Both the position numbers and the translations under genes were made by a program. Under the pieces are notes generated by a model. It did not search any database. It had not been told where the DNA came from and worked only from the letters and a program-made list of their open reading frames with translations. A stretch of 64,000 nucleotides of DNA from a virus, in IMG/VR virus record IMGVR_UViG_3300040758_000047, positions 32,504 to 96,503 of that record; one strand, written 5' to 3'. Position 1 is the first letter of the stretch. The number at the start of each line of letters is the position of its first letter. Below are positions 9,968-18,820 of this stretch, in pieces.

Positions 9968-10492
9968 TTAGAGCACGCTCGAATTGAGCACGATGTTGTT
10001 GGCAACGTACTGTGACGGAGTCGTCACACGGAACATGGCGACGTCGATATTCAACACGCCAGCCGTGCAGTGAGCCAAGGTGTCACCTGTTGGCGTAAAG
10101 GTCACCTGGGGGGTGACCGCCGACAACTGACCCATCGGCTGTGCGAACGTCTCCTGGATGGTCGTGTCGGCCACCGCCTGGAACACATTGAACGGCTGAG
10201 TGAAGAAGTTGGTTGTCCCGCCCGACTTCCCTACACTGACCGTCATCCCAGTGAGCGAACCGCCGGTGAACGATGTCGAGTGCTTGACCCGCATGTAGAG
10301 CAGAAAACTGCCCTGCGGGAACGTCATCGCAGTGCTCGTGTTATACGGCGGCCCGCTCAGCGTGTTGTAGAGATTGAACGTGTACGCCACGCCGGAGCTG
10401 GTGCTCGTAGTCTGGAGGTCCAGATAGGTGAACTGGAAACTCCAAAACTGGATTGTGCCGCCGAGATTGCCTGCTAATCCTTGTTGTGTCAT
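9968..10492 (-). CDS. putative capsid decoration/cement protein
   Basis: Immediately downstream of the major capsid gene; beta-rich. Confidence 0.55.
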   Translation of the reverse strand: MTQQGLAGNLGGTIQFWSFQFTYLDLQTTSTSSGVAYTFNLYNTLSGPPYNTSTAMTFPQGSFLLYMRVKHSTSFTGGSLTGMTVSVGKSGGTTNFFTQPFNVFQAVADTTIQETFAQPMGQLSAVTPQVTFTPTGDTLAHCTAGVLNIDVAMFRVTTPSQYVANNIVLNSSVL

Positions 10493-10543
10493 TTACATGA
10501 TCCTCACTTCTTTTTCCTCTGCCACGCAACTCATTGAAAACAC

Positions 10544-12013
10544 TCAGAAAAGCGTCGAGGCGAGTTTGAAACAGGTCCGGGGGCTTGGCACCATTAGATT
10601 TGAGCCGCTAAGGAACTGGCCGCTCACATCGATCGAGTTGTTCACGCCCTTGAATCCGGTAAACCCGAATTGAAACAGGTCTACCTGGGAGAAGTACCAC
10701 TCCACGTAGGCCGTGTTCAATCCGAACATCTTGCCGATCGGCGAGCTACCCGAAGGAAGATACCGCGAAATGACCACATCGGCGGCATTGAACCTGAAGT
10801 TCTGGAATCCCACGTTGGCCAGATCGTTGTCTTTATTCTCATACCGCATTGCAGGCTGCGTGCCCTGCCAGATCAAGTTCCAGCCGTTCTGTGTGACCAC
10901 TATCAGGTCCGGGTGATCCGAGCCCCAACAGGCGTTTCCATAGGCCGTGTTGAGTTGTGCCAAGGTGAACGTGGTCACCGTGGCCTGATAGGCATTCAGC
11001 CCGCCAACGGTGCCAGTCGTCAAACCATTGATATCGGTTCGGTTCTGGCCGCCGACTTGGGAGTAATTTGTTCCGTCGTCGATCCACTCATCAAATCCGT
11101 TCAGGTATTTAGCCCGCGCACCCTGCCCGTTCTGGTACATATTGACGGCCAGGATCTTCGCCATCTTCAATGAGGCGTTGAGGAACTTCATCTCTACCTG
11201 ATTGAAAATCGCCTCTTGGCCATCGTCGTTCATCGCGTCCCATCCGTATAGCGTGATGTTTACCCACGCTACCTTCAGGTCCACCGTGATCGCCGCGTCG
11301 GTCGTAACGAAGTTGATGTCCATCGTTTCGCCCTTGCCCATAAAATCGCCGAGGAGTTCCCCAACAATCACGGGCCTCCTTACGCGGCTGTTGCCCGCGA
11401 ATCGTTCTGCTCTCTGCTGACTGAGCCTAGTAAATGCAGGATCTGCACCGTAGATGATCGTTCGTGTTGCGACCGGGTTCGCTATTCCCGGCCTTCTCAC
11501 ACTTTCATGTGAGACCAGACCATATCATCACCCCGAAGGGTGCCGCGCGCTTCCGAGCACTTGCCCGTACTCCCCGAAGGGATGGCCGTTGAACGTTCCC
11601 ATTTCTGGGCTTCGCTGCTGATTACCCCGAAGGGCTTCCCAGCAATTCACGCGGTTTTCGAGGCGGCTTTCACCGCCAAGGGACTATCAGTTAATCCGTT
11701 GTCTTCTCTACGATGTAATCGTACACATCCTTGATGTTGCGACCGGGTTCGCTATTCCCGGCCTTCTGCAAGTTTCCCAGCAGAGCAGATCATCTCATCG
11801 GCCCGCTTCGGGTCGCCTCGCGCTTCGGGCCGCTTGGCCCTACTCCCTCTCGGGATGATCGTTGAACCTTCCGACTCTCGTCGGCTTGGCTGCTGATTGC
11901 CTTGCCCGCCAATTCGGGTTTAGGTGTCCCAGCAATTCACGAGGTTTGCATAACCGATCTCTCGGCTAAGGCCCTATGTCTAAGGCGTCCAGCTCCGTTA
12001 GCTGCAAGGCCAT
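10544..12013 (-). CDS. major capsid protein, spliced from three exons (12013-11983, 11728-11694, 11458-10544), 326 aa
   Basis: AGGAGG RBS and ATG at 12013. Removing two group I introns gives MALQLTELDA-Y-VYDYIVEKTTD-IIYGADPAFTRLSQQ...; exon 3 has capsid-like features (PDLIVVTQ, GFQNFRFN) and follows the scaffold gene. Confidence 0.88.
11459..11693 (-). ncRNA. group I intron 2 in the major capsid gene (235 nt, no ORF)
   Basis: P GAATTGCTGGGA, Q AATCAGCAG, R GTTCAACGGCCA, S GATATGGTCTG; P1 exon GGAT with GTCC (U.G at splice site); P10 TGAT with exon ATCA; terminal G. Confidence 0.9.
11729..11982 (-). ncRNA. group I intron 1 in the major capsid gene (254 nt, no ORF)
   Basis: P GAATTGCTGGGA, Q AATCAGCAG, R GTTCAACGATCA, S GAGATGATCTG; P1 exon GCCT with GGGC; P10 ACAT with exon ATGT; terminal G. 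Confidence 0.9.
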
Positions 12014-12033
12014 TCTACGTACCTCCTATTTCA

Positions 12034-12062
12034 TTGACATTGAGTAGGGGTTGGCGTACACT
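12034..12062 (+). promoter_or_regulatory. sigma70 promoter of the free-standing endonuclease
   Basis: TTGACA-N17-TACACT, 6 nt before the ATG at 12069. Confidence 0.75.
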
Positions 12063-12068
12063 AAACGT

Positions 12069-12776
12069 ATGGAACAACCCCAGCAAACAAAGATCAGACT
12101 GAGTACTCGCGTGTACAAGGCCTGTCCTCACTGCGGAGAACAACATTCCGCCAGAGAAATATGGCCGCACCGAAAACGGTGCGAGCTTAACCCTAAGAAC
12201 CTGCCGAAGACGATAAAAGAGGCCCCAAAGAAAGGTCCGGGAATGCCTGTGTCTTGCAACTACTGCGGACACAAGACCGTGCAGTTGCTTCTTCAGAGAC
12301 ATTTCGCAACCTGCCCGAATATCACGATCCTCGAAGGACAGAAGGTCTGTACTATCTGCCAATCCATCCTGTCGATAGATGACTTTTCGGCTCATTGCAG
12401 ATCTCCGGGCGGAAGAAGCAACATCTGCAAGAAGTGCGCCTGCGCGAGATCTACGACTTGGTATCACACGCCGAAGAATCACATGTCCCGTAGAGAACGT
12501 ATGGAATACAAACTCTACGGCCTCAGTCCAGAAGGACGAAAGTCCCTTGAGACTGCGCAGAACGGTCTGTGCGCCATTTGCGGTAAGCCGCCCAGCGGAG
12601 GACCGAAGAACGAGAGGCTGGCCGTCGATCACAATCACAATTTCCCCGGCACTCACCGAGCACTCCTTTGCGAGAAGTGCAATACAGGCCTCGGTGGGTT
12701 TTTGGACGACCCGGCCTTGCTCGTCAAGGCAATCGCTTACCTTGCGAGTCACCGAAAGATCGCCGCTGTTTCCTAG
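12069..12776 (+). CDS. free-standing endonuclease VII-family (HNH) homing endonuclease
   Basis: CAICGK...LAVDHNH...RALLCEKCNTGLGGFLDD...AIAYL plus N-terminal Zn fingers; antisense to the head operon. Confidence 0.85.
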   Translation: MEQPQQTKIRLSTRVYKACPHCGEQHSAREIWPHRKRCELNPKNLPKTIKEAPKKGPGMPVSCNYCGHKTVQLLLQRHFATCPNITILEGQKVCTICQSILSIDDFSAHCRSPGGRSNICKKCACARSTTWYHTPKNHMSRRERMEYKLYGLSPEGRKSLETAQNGLCAICGKPPSGGPKNERLAVDHNHNFPGTHRALLCEKCNTGLGGFLDDPALLVKAIAYLASHRKIAAVS

Positions 12777-12799
12777 CCTCATCTTGCCTTTCGGGAGCG

Positions 12800-13723
12800 C
12801 TATACTGCGCTCCCGCTCATTTCCTTCTCTAACTTCTTCTGGACGTACTGCTGCGAGATGATCCCTTTACCTAAAGGCGCTTCAATGGCGTCGCCTTCCT
12901 TGGGCTTCAACCGTTCCAGTTGGCGCCGCTGCAAAGGTCCCAGCTTCCTTCCGCCACCGCCGCCGTCCACAATCGTCGGACTGTGCCCGCTCAACGCCGC
13001 TGCTTGCTTGCGGCCCTCCGCAATGCCTTCTTCGCGAGCCGCCTTCTTCTCCGCTTCACGGGTCGCCGTATCGCGTGCTGCGAACTTATCCTTGTAGAAG
13101 TCGTTGTAGGCTTCGTCTGGGTCGATGTTCGCCATCGATGTTTTCTTAGCTTCGGCCAACTTCTTCATGTGCTCGAAGACGGCGGGCGCATCCAAGGCCT
13201 CTCCGAAGGTCTTCTCGTGCGCCCCGAATTTCGGCGTCAATTTCTGGTAGACCTCCTGGAAGCGATTGCCCCAACCGTTGATAGTCGAGTTCAGTTCGGG
13301 GCGGATTTCCTTGTCCCGAAATTCCGTCAGCTTCGAGGTCAGCGTGTTCACATCCACCACGCCCTTCGCGGTCAGCGATTCATCGATCAACTTCTTTACG
13401 TCTTCGGCGGTCATATCAAGTTCTCCACGCGCCCGCAACTTCTCCACCTCTGCGGTGGCTTCGGCTAGTGATGTCCGAACGCGGCTGTGTTCTTGTTCCC
13501 ACATAGGCCAATCTGTTTCCTTGAAGTGCCGCCATTTCTCCAACTCCTCGACTACCGGAGGCAGAGTTTCGTATTGAAGTGCTTTGACCCTGGGAAGTAA
13601 TGGTTCCACTTGCTCCCCAAGTTCGGCATATCGTTTCACGGCAGGATACTTCTCGGAGATGGCCTTGAGACTGTTGCGTTCGCCGTCATCGGCGATCGCG
13701 GCTAATAGGTTCTCAAAGGGCAT
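12800..13723 (-). CDS. putative capsid scaffolding protein
   Basis: Charged, helical, 307 aa, between portal and capsid genes. Confidence 0.65.
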   Translation of the reverse strand: MPFENLLAAIADDGERNSLKAISEKYPAVKRYAELGEQVEPLLPRVKALQYETLPPVVEELEKWRHFKETDWPMWEQEHSRVRTSLAEATAEVEKLRARGELDMTAEDVKKLIDESLTAKGVVDVNTLTSKLTEFRDKEIRPELNSTINGWGNRFQEVYQKLTPKFGAHEKTFGEALDAPAVFEHMKKLAEAKKTSMANIDPDEAYNDFYKDKFAARDTATREAEKKAAREEGIAEGRKQAAALSGHSPTIVDGGGGGRKLGPLQRRQLERLKPKEGDAIEAPLGKGIISQQYVQKKLEKEMSGSAV

Positions 13724-13735
13724 CTTTATTCTCTC

Positions 13736-14104
13736 TTACATCACCGGACTGGGAGGTCCGGCTGATGGGTTAGACGGCGGTTGCGGCGGCACTACCGGGC
13801 TACCCTTGGCCATTCCGCTCCGCTGTGCTTTCTTCTGGATCTCTTCGGCGAGTTTCATGCCCGCTTCGGCGATCGGTTTGAACAGTGGAACCAATGAGGG
13901 GTCGAAGGATTCCAATAGGGTTTTCGTCTCACCCACCCACTGGTCGAGCTTTTGAATCTGCCCCATCACCTGTTGCACGACCTGCATCCCATCCTGGGGC
14001 TGATTGACGCCTTGCGCTGAGAATACCGATTGCTGCTGCTCTGGAGGGGCCTGCTGTTGCTGGATAATGTCAGGAGGCAGCGGAGGTGTGGTGCCCGTGG
14101 CCAT
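13736..14104 (-). CDS. hypothetical Pro/Gln-rich head-region protein
   Basis: ORF in operon context. Confidence 0.6.
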   Translation of the reverse strand: MATGTTPPLPPDIIQQQQAPPEQQQSVFSAQGVNQPQDGMQVVQQVMGQIQKLDQWVGETKTLLESFDPSLVPLFKPIAEAGMKLAEEIQKKAQRSGMAKGSPVVPPQPPSNPSAGPPSPVM

Positions 14105-14413
14105 TTACGCCTTCTTGGTCCGATTCTTCCCTTCGAACGAGTGCTGCATAGTTGTCTCGCTCATCCCGTCCTTGTCGTATGGGCTGCTTGCCTTCCTCGA
14201 CAAATTGACAAGCGTGGCCCCGTCGTGCGAGTGCTCGCCATGACTCTGCCTATCGCCGAAGGCGGCGACTGGATTCGGTTTACGGCTGAGGGAAACCTGG
14301 GTTGCCGTGATATGGGCGTTCGGTTTGGGACCGCCTCGATCCGGCATATCTTTCGGGCCTTGGGCTAACTTCTCCTTGCTCGAAGTTGCGTGAAAGTTTT
14401 GAGGGTATTTCAT
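14105..14413 (-). CDS. hypothetical basic head-region protein
   Basis: ORF in operon context. Confidence 0.55.
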   Translation of the reverse strand: MKYPQNFHATSSKEKLAQGPKDMPDRGGPKPNAHITATQVSLSRKPNPVAAFGDRQSHGEHSHDGATLVNLSRKASSPYDKDGMSETTMQHSFEGKNRTKKA

Positions 14414-14416
14414 AGA

Positions 14417-14479
14417 CTATCTCCGGTACACGCGCTTGTTACGGCGCGATGCCTTCTTCCTGCCCTTCTTTCTGGCCAT
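14417..14479 (-). CDS. 20-aa Arg/Lys-rich micropeptide MARKKGRKKASRRNKRVYRR
   Basis: Manual translation; stop 3 nt before the next start. Confidence 0.55.
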   Translation of the reverse strand: MARKKGRKKASRRNKRVYRR

Positions 14480-14571
14480 AAATTTTTTCCGTGGTCATGC
14501 TGGAATAAAGGGTGGCCTATTTTCTTGACTTAGGCACGCCACCGGGCCACCCCAGCGGGAGGCGTGTTGGG

Positions 14572-14616
14572 TTACTTGCGACCGTGCTTGCGGCCTTTCT
14601 TTCCCCGACGTGCCAT
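14572..14616 (-). CDS. 14-aa Arg/Lys-rich micropeptide MARRGKKGRKHGRK
   Basis: Manual translation; strong RBS AAGGGAGG. Confidence 0.6.
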   Translation of the reverse strand: MARRGKKGRKHGRK

Positions 14617-14745
14617 GGTGGGCCTCCCTTCGTAAAAGTCCTCAAACGGAACCTGAGGCTGTAATAAACGTACTACAAGTCAATGAAAGGGGATGCTTCC
14701 CAACGTGTCTAGACAGTTGCTCACTTTCTGGCTATTCTTGGATCA

Positions 14746-14985
14746 GTGGCTACCCCTAAAGACTTGAAACTATGGACTTCCGAGATTCCTCACTTCCCAT
14801 TCGTAGACCCTAATCTTGAGTACATCGGAACTAGCAAACTGAGGCTTCTAAATGCTAAGGCGCTGCGCCAACTAAGACGACCAATAGTTGTTCAGGACCA
14901 GATCACCAACAAGCCATTGGTAGTGATCGTCAAGTACGAGCACTACCTCCAGGTTCAAAGGATTCTCTTGGAGGGATACGAGTGA
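14746..14985 (+). CDS. Phd/YefM antitoxin-like protein (orphan)
   Basis: IGTSKLR...RPIVV...KPLVVIVKYEHY fits the Phd/YefM pattern; no toxin adjacent. Confidence 0.5.
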   Translation: MATPKDLKLWTSEIPHFPFVDPNLEYIGTSKLRLLNAKALRQLRRPIVVQDQITNKPLVVIVKYEHYLQVQRILLEGYE

Positions 14986-14993
14986 TGGCGGTA

Positions 14994-15007
14994 GTCCCAC
15001 GTGGGAC
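14994..15007. promoter_or_regulatory. parS-like palindrome GTCCCACGTGGGAC (one of about 19 dispersed copies)
   Basis: Perfect copies also at 19291, 37392, 43106, 59489 and 61095. Confidence 0.8.
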
Positions 15008-15155
15008 TCAACTCAGCGATAGTTCGAGCATCGTGCCACCGCGCTCTCCGTTCGGATGCTTCCACTGACCAAGATCGCGTACCACAACCATGTACCCCCA
15101 ACCCCCTCTTTGTACGTGAAGGTAGAGAGACATCAAGGTGAACGGGGTCCAGGCG

Positions 15156-17024
15156 CTATACGGGTGAGCCCTGTCGCTGACTTCTCGTTTGACGCGGCGT
15201 TCTTCCTGCACCCTTCGGCCCTCCACCAATACCCGCCTCGTGTTCTTTCTGCATTTCCTGTATGACAAGGTCTGCGTTCTCCGGGAATTCCGCTTGCCGA
15301 TAAAGACCGTGAAGTGACAGAGCGCCCATCTTGAAATACGTGGCCGCCCTCACCTCCTTCTGCATTCTACTCGTTCCGTGAGTCGATCCAGGAGCGATCT
15401 TCATACTGAATGCCCGCCAGAAATCCTCCTTCGGTGCCGAGGAAGGAACCATGGTCCCAGCGTCGTAATCGAAGTCTTCCGGCGTCATCCCGTCTGCCCC
15501 CAGCACTCTCATACGTCCGCTTAAAGTGGCGTACTGGAAGACGTTCGATACCATCTGTGACCCAGCTTCTTCTAATGCGATCTCAAGGTAGCGGCTTTCC
15601 AATTGGAATGGACCGCTCAACGTCTCCCTCATCTGTTCGATGGCTTCACCTCCCGGCACTTGCTTTTTCTTGGCGATGCCGGAGATGTCCAATGATCCAG
15701 AACGTTTCTTGATCGTCTCGACGAGATACCGGAGAAACTCTCCGATGTACGGAGGCAGATTCGGCGGGTCCATGTAGCGGAAGTCACCGGGTTGGGCGAT
15801 TGGGTTCATCAGAATTTTTTGCGCCGGTTTAGCGGGTTGGAAGGCATCCCACACCACTTCGGCCATCGCACCACGCTTGCCCACTACGTTCAGGTTCAAC
15901 GCTCTCTTTACGGCTTCCTCTACTCCGGCACCGATGCTATTCGTGGCTTGGCACTGTGGGATCAATCTTCGGTACTTCGAGATTCCACCGGGGCTCCACA
16001 CGCAGGGATTCAACTGAAGCATCGTGAAAGGATACAGTCCGTGCCAGAAGGGGCTTGGACCGTCGTACATGATCCGATCCCCGGCGAAAATCACCAGCCT
16101 CTTACGCGGGAATAATCTTGCTCCTGGGGGCACAAGATAGTGGTAATTGTACTGACTGGGATGAAGGTCCTGATTCTGAACGAACACTTCATTGCCAGAT
16201 TCATTGATCGACCAATCGTCGAAATAGACCTCCTTCAACTCGATCACTGGGAACGGTACGTAGGTCCCTTCGGATTCTCGAACTGGACCGCCGCGCTGCG
16301 ACATCTTGTGCTTCATGGCGGGACTCATCGCATTCCACGTGTACTCAGGCACGCTAGAAGGTCGAACGTACTTGTCCTGAGAAAGTGACCGGCTCAGGTT
16401 GACCGTGTACTTTTCCAGCCCTTGGCATTTCTCTTTGCCGAACTTGGCGTAGAAGTACGGGAGTGGTTTGTAGTTCTGATAGATGACCGCTGCCGATTCC
16501 TGTATCTTTCCGTTACAGAGAACCGGAATCACCTGATCGGCCCCGTGCGCTGAAAACTGGAATTGGTTTTCTCCGGCTACGTGCTTCAGGAATCCTGTCC
16601 CAAATAGCGCATGGTCCAGCCACTCCACCACAATCGCATCCAGGTTCATGTTGAACCACAGCGACCGGATGTACTTGTGAACCGTCTCGGCTTGCTTTTT
16701 GTACGCCTCGACCGATGACGTGATGTCGATAGTAGGGCGGATCTGACTCAATGACGACAGGGCTTCTAAACGCATATCACCCATGTAATCGTCATAGTAC
16801 TTTGACCTGTAGTCTGGACGTGTCGAGGGATACCAGTTGCCGTCCAAGTAGTCCAGGATTCTTTCGATCTCTTGCAGGTCCCGCCAAGAGCGCATTTCCT
16901 CCATCCCCTGGCGGAGAAGGGCGTCGCGCCAACCTAGAAGTTTTCTAGAGTATTGGTCAGGGAAATCGCGCGAGCCAGAATTGCGTTCGACGGATGCGCG
17001 AGGAACGATCGCTAACGAAGCCAT
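15156..17024 (-). CDS. portal protein (P22-like)
   Basis: 622 aa; DHALFGTGFLK and DGPSPFWHGLYPF motifs; lies between terminase and scaffold. Confidence 0.85.
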   Translation of the reverse strand: MASLAIVPRASVERNSGSRDFPDQYSRKLLGWRDALLRQGMEEMRSWRDLQEIERILDYLDGNWYPSTRPDYRSKYYDDYMGDMRLEALSSLSQIRPTIDITSSVEAYKKQAETVHKYIRSLWFNMNLDAIVVEWLDHALFGTGFLKHVAGENQFQFSAHGADQVIPVLCNGKIQESAAVIYQNYKPLPYFYAKFGKEKCQGLEKYTVNLSRSLSQDKYVRPSSVPEYTWNAMSPAMKHKMSQRGGPVRESEGTYVPFPVIELKEVYFDDWSINESGNEVFVQNQDLHPSQYNYHYLVPPGARLFPRKRLVIFAGDRIMYDGPSPFWHGLYPFTMLQLNPCVWSPGGISKYRRLIPQCQATNSIGAGVEEAVKRALNLNVVGKRGAMAEVVWDAFQPAKPAQKILMNPIAQPGDFRYMDPPNLPPYIGEFLRYLVETIKKRSGSLDISGIAKKKQVPGGEAIEQMRETLSGPFQLESRYLEIALEEAGSQMVSNVFQYATLSGRMRVLGADGMTPEDFDYDAGTMVPSSAPKEDFWRAFSMKIAPGSTHGTSRMQKEVRAATYFKMGALSLHGLYRQAEFPENADLVIQEMQKEHEAGIGGGPKGAGRTPRQTRSQRQGSPV

Positions 17025-17058
17025 AGGTGCCTCAAATCGTCCTCACGGCAGGGGAGAT

Positions 17059-17160
17059 TCAGCGCCGCGCCTTTAGTTTGCGTTCGGCGCGATGAGGGGC
17101 ATTTGGCTGGCGAGGGCTGTTGCCTCCCTTCACCTTCCGGCCTTTGTGGCCTCGTTTCAT
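17059..17160 (-). CDS. 33-aa basic micropeptide MKRGHKGRKVKGGNSPRQPNAPHRAERKLKARR
   Basis: Manual translation; AGGAGG RBS; directly upstream of the portal gene. Confidence 0.6.
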   Translation of the reverse strand: MKRGHKGRKVKGGNSPRQPNAPHRAERKLKARR

Positions 17161-17298
17161 AGAGGAGCCTCCTGCGCTTATCCTAAGCTATTTCTTTGGA
17201 TTCGGCAACGTTACCTACACTGTTCAGCCTACATCAAGTCCCACGTTGGGCCCATGTTCGCTTAAGGAGCATTCCATAATCTACCACCAAATGGCTAA

Positions 17299-17850
17299 TC
17301 ACGGTTTGCGCCACGTCAAACCGGCGTGCGAGCGGCGGATGGCGCGGGCCAGCGCGGAGATCACTTTCTCGCTGAATTCCGACAGTAGGGAGCTTTCCTT
17401 GGGCCGGGTGGGAGCTTTCTCGCTCTGCGAACGTTGCAATTCTTCGCGGATGGTGGCAAGGCGCAGGCCGCGCTCATGCAGGATTCCGGCGGCGAAACAC
17501 TTCTCCTCGCGCAGCAGGCCGAGCAGCAGGTGCTCGGTGCCGATGTGCTTGTGGTTGAGGCGCTCGACTTCCTCGGCCCCGTAAGCGAGCACGCGCTTGC
17601 ATTCGTGGCTGAGTGGCAGCTCGACGGAAGTGGAGACCTTTTCCCGGGGCGCGGTATGCCCCTCGATCTGTTTGCGGATCGATTCCACCGCGCTGTCCGA
17701 GCGCAGAAAGCGGTTCGCCAGCGCCTTGTCCTCGCGCAGCAGGCCCAGCAGCAGATGCTCCGTCTCGATATAGGGACTGCCGAACTTCCTGGACTCATAG
17801 CGGGCGACGAAGATCACCCGCCTCGCTTTTTCCGTGTATCGCTCAAACAT
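17299..17850 (-). CDS. stand-alone ClpC N-terminal (double Clp-N repeat) domain, no AAA+ module
   Basis: MFERYTEKARRVIF...IETEHLLLGLLRE...IGTEHLLLGLLREEK; similarity ends at SLLSEFS, where the ATPase domain normally begins. Confidence 0.9.
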   Translation of the reverse strand: MFERYTEKARRVIFVARYESRKFGSPYIETEHLLLGLLREDKALANRFLRSDSAVESIRKQIEGHTAPREKVSTSVELPLSHECKRVLAYGAEEVERLNHKHIGTEHLLLGLLREEKCFAAGILHERGLRLATIREELQRSQSEKAPTRPKESSLLSEFSEKVISALARAIRRSHAGLTWRKP

Positions 17851-17888
17851 AGGATTTGCGAAGCCCCCGGTAGATCGTTTCACTGTCG

Positions 17889-18752
17889 TCAGGATACATC
17901 ATTATCGACGTTTGGTTCTGGCTTTGCGGGGATGTCCTCTTCGAGAAAATCTTCAGCAAAGGTGATCTTTGGAATTTTGTATGGTCGCAATTTATTTTCG
18001 AAATACTTAAAGCCTTTATCGCTGATGCTGTACTTTTGGGCACCGCCAACAATAATGTCAACGCTAGTTCCGGTTCCAACATCACGACTCCGCTCCGCCG
18101 CAAACTTGGCGCGTAGTAGTTCATAAATGCAGGCCCCAAGCGTTATAGTGTCGGGATCGTACATCTCATTCTGACAAAGAAACGCCTGAGCAATGTCTGA
18201 CCCAGTGCCGATTGTTGAATAGTCGTTTTCCCAATGTACTTCGCCGGAAAGATCAACACGAACGATCTGTCCGTATTGTTCCGCATCGAATAACGCAATC
18301 AACAACTCTGCGCCAAGGTTCAAATGGCGTATCTCGTGCCACACATCGTCGTAGTGAGATTCTCGGAGCCATTCCCGCCCGTGTTTAGAGAATTCCTCAA
18401 AGTCCATGTTAAGGGTCATACTAACGAAGTGATTTACTAATTTACGCTTCACATTGCGGCACGCCGCTCTCAATCCCTCAAGTAAGGCGTCGATATGCAA
18501 ATCGGTATCTGCCGGATTAGACTCTCGCATGTATCCACGTATCGCTGGATCACAAGCGTTAAGTAATTGATCGGCGCGTGTCGGTTGTCCAGAAATCAAG
18601 ATCGAGCAGTGCGATTCTCCTTCTTCGATTTCTCGTAGCTTGTCTGCATCGTCCGAAGTTATTAGCGTGCCTTTGTTAACCTGCCAGTCACGGCACAAAA
18701 CTAGCGTTGACTTTGCTTGGTAGGTGCAGGTTGCGGCAATACACAGCGTCAT
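17889..18752 (-). CDS. proteasome-beta-like Ntn-hydrolase (T1-type protease)
   Basis: Start M-TLCIAA after GAGGAG exposes Thr1; also LVLCRD, DADK, STIGTGS and DVGTG motifs. Confidence 0.7.
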   Translation of the reverse strand: MTLCIAATCTYQAKSTLVLCRDWQVNKGTLITSDDADKLREIEEGESHCSILISGQPTRADQLLNACDPAIRGYMRESNPADTDLHIDALLEGLRAACRNVKRKLVNHFVSMTLNMDFEEFSKHGREWLRESHYDDVWHEIRHLNLGAELLIALFDAEQYGQIVRVDLSGEVHWENDYSTIGTGSDIAQAFLCQNEMYDPDTITLGACIYELLRAKFAAERSRDVGTGTSVDIIVGGAQKYSISDKGFKYFENKLRPYKIPKITFAEDFLEEDIPAKPEPNVDNDVS

Positions 18753-18820
18753 GGCCTCAGGCTCCTCTGTGTATTGATCCTCACAGATTTCCTGTGGGTG
18801 TGTCGAGTATATTTGTGCCG

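Noticed and set aside
10544-11500. ORF-track capsid start MRRPGIANPVATRT
   Set aside because: These 14 codons are the 3' end of intron 2; the real start with RBS is at 12013.
12015-12782. 255-aa minus-strand ORF
   Set aside because: Antisense shadow of the endonuclease VII gene, which has clear motifs and a promoter.
17299-17883. Host chromosome boundary at clpC
   Set aside because: Only the N-domain is present and it is flanked on both sides by phage packaging genes.
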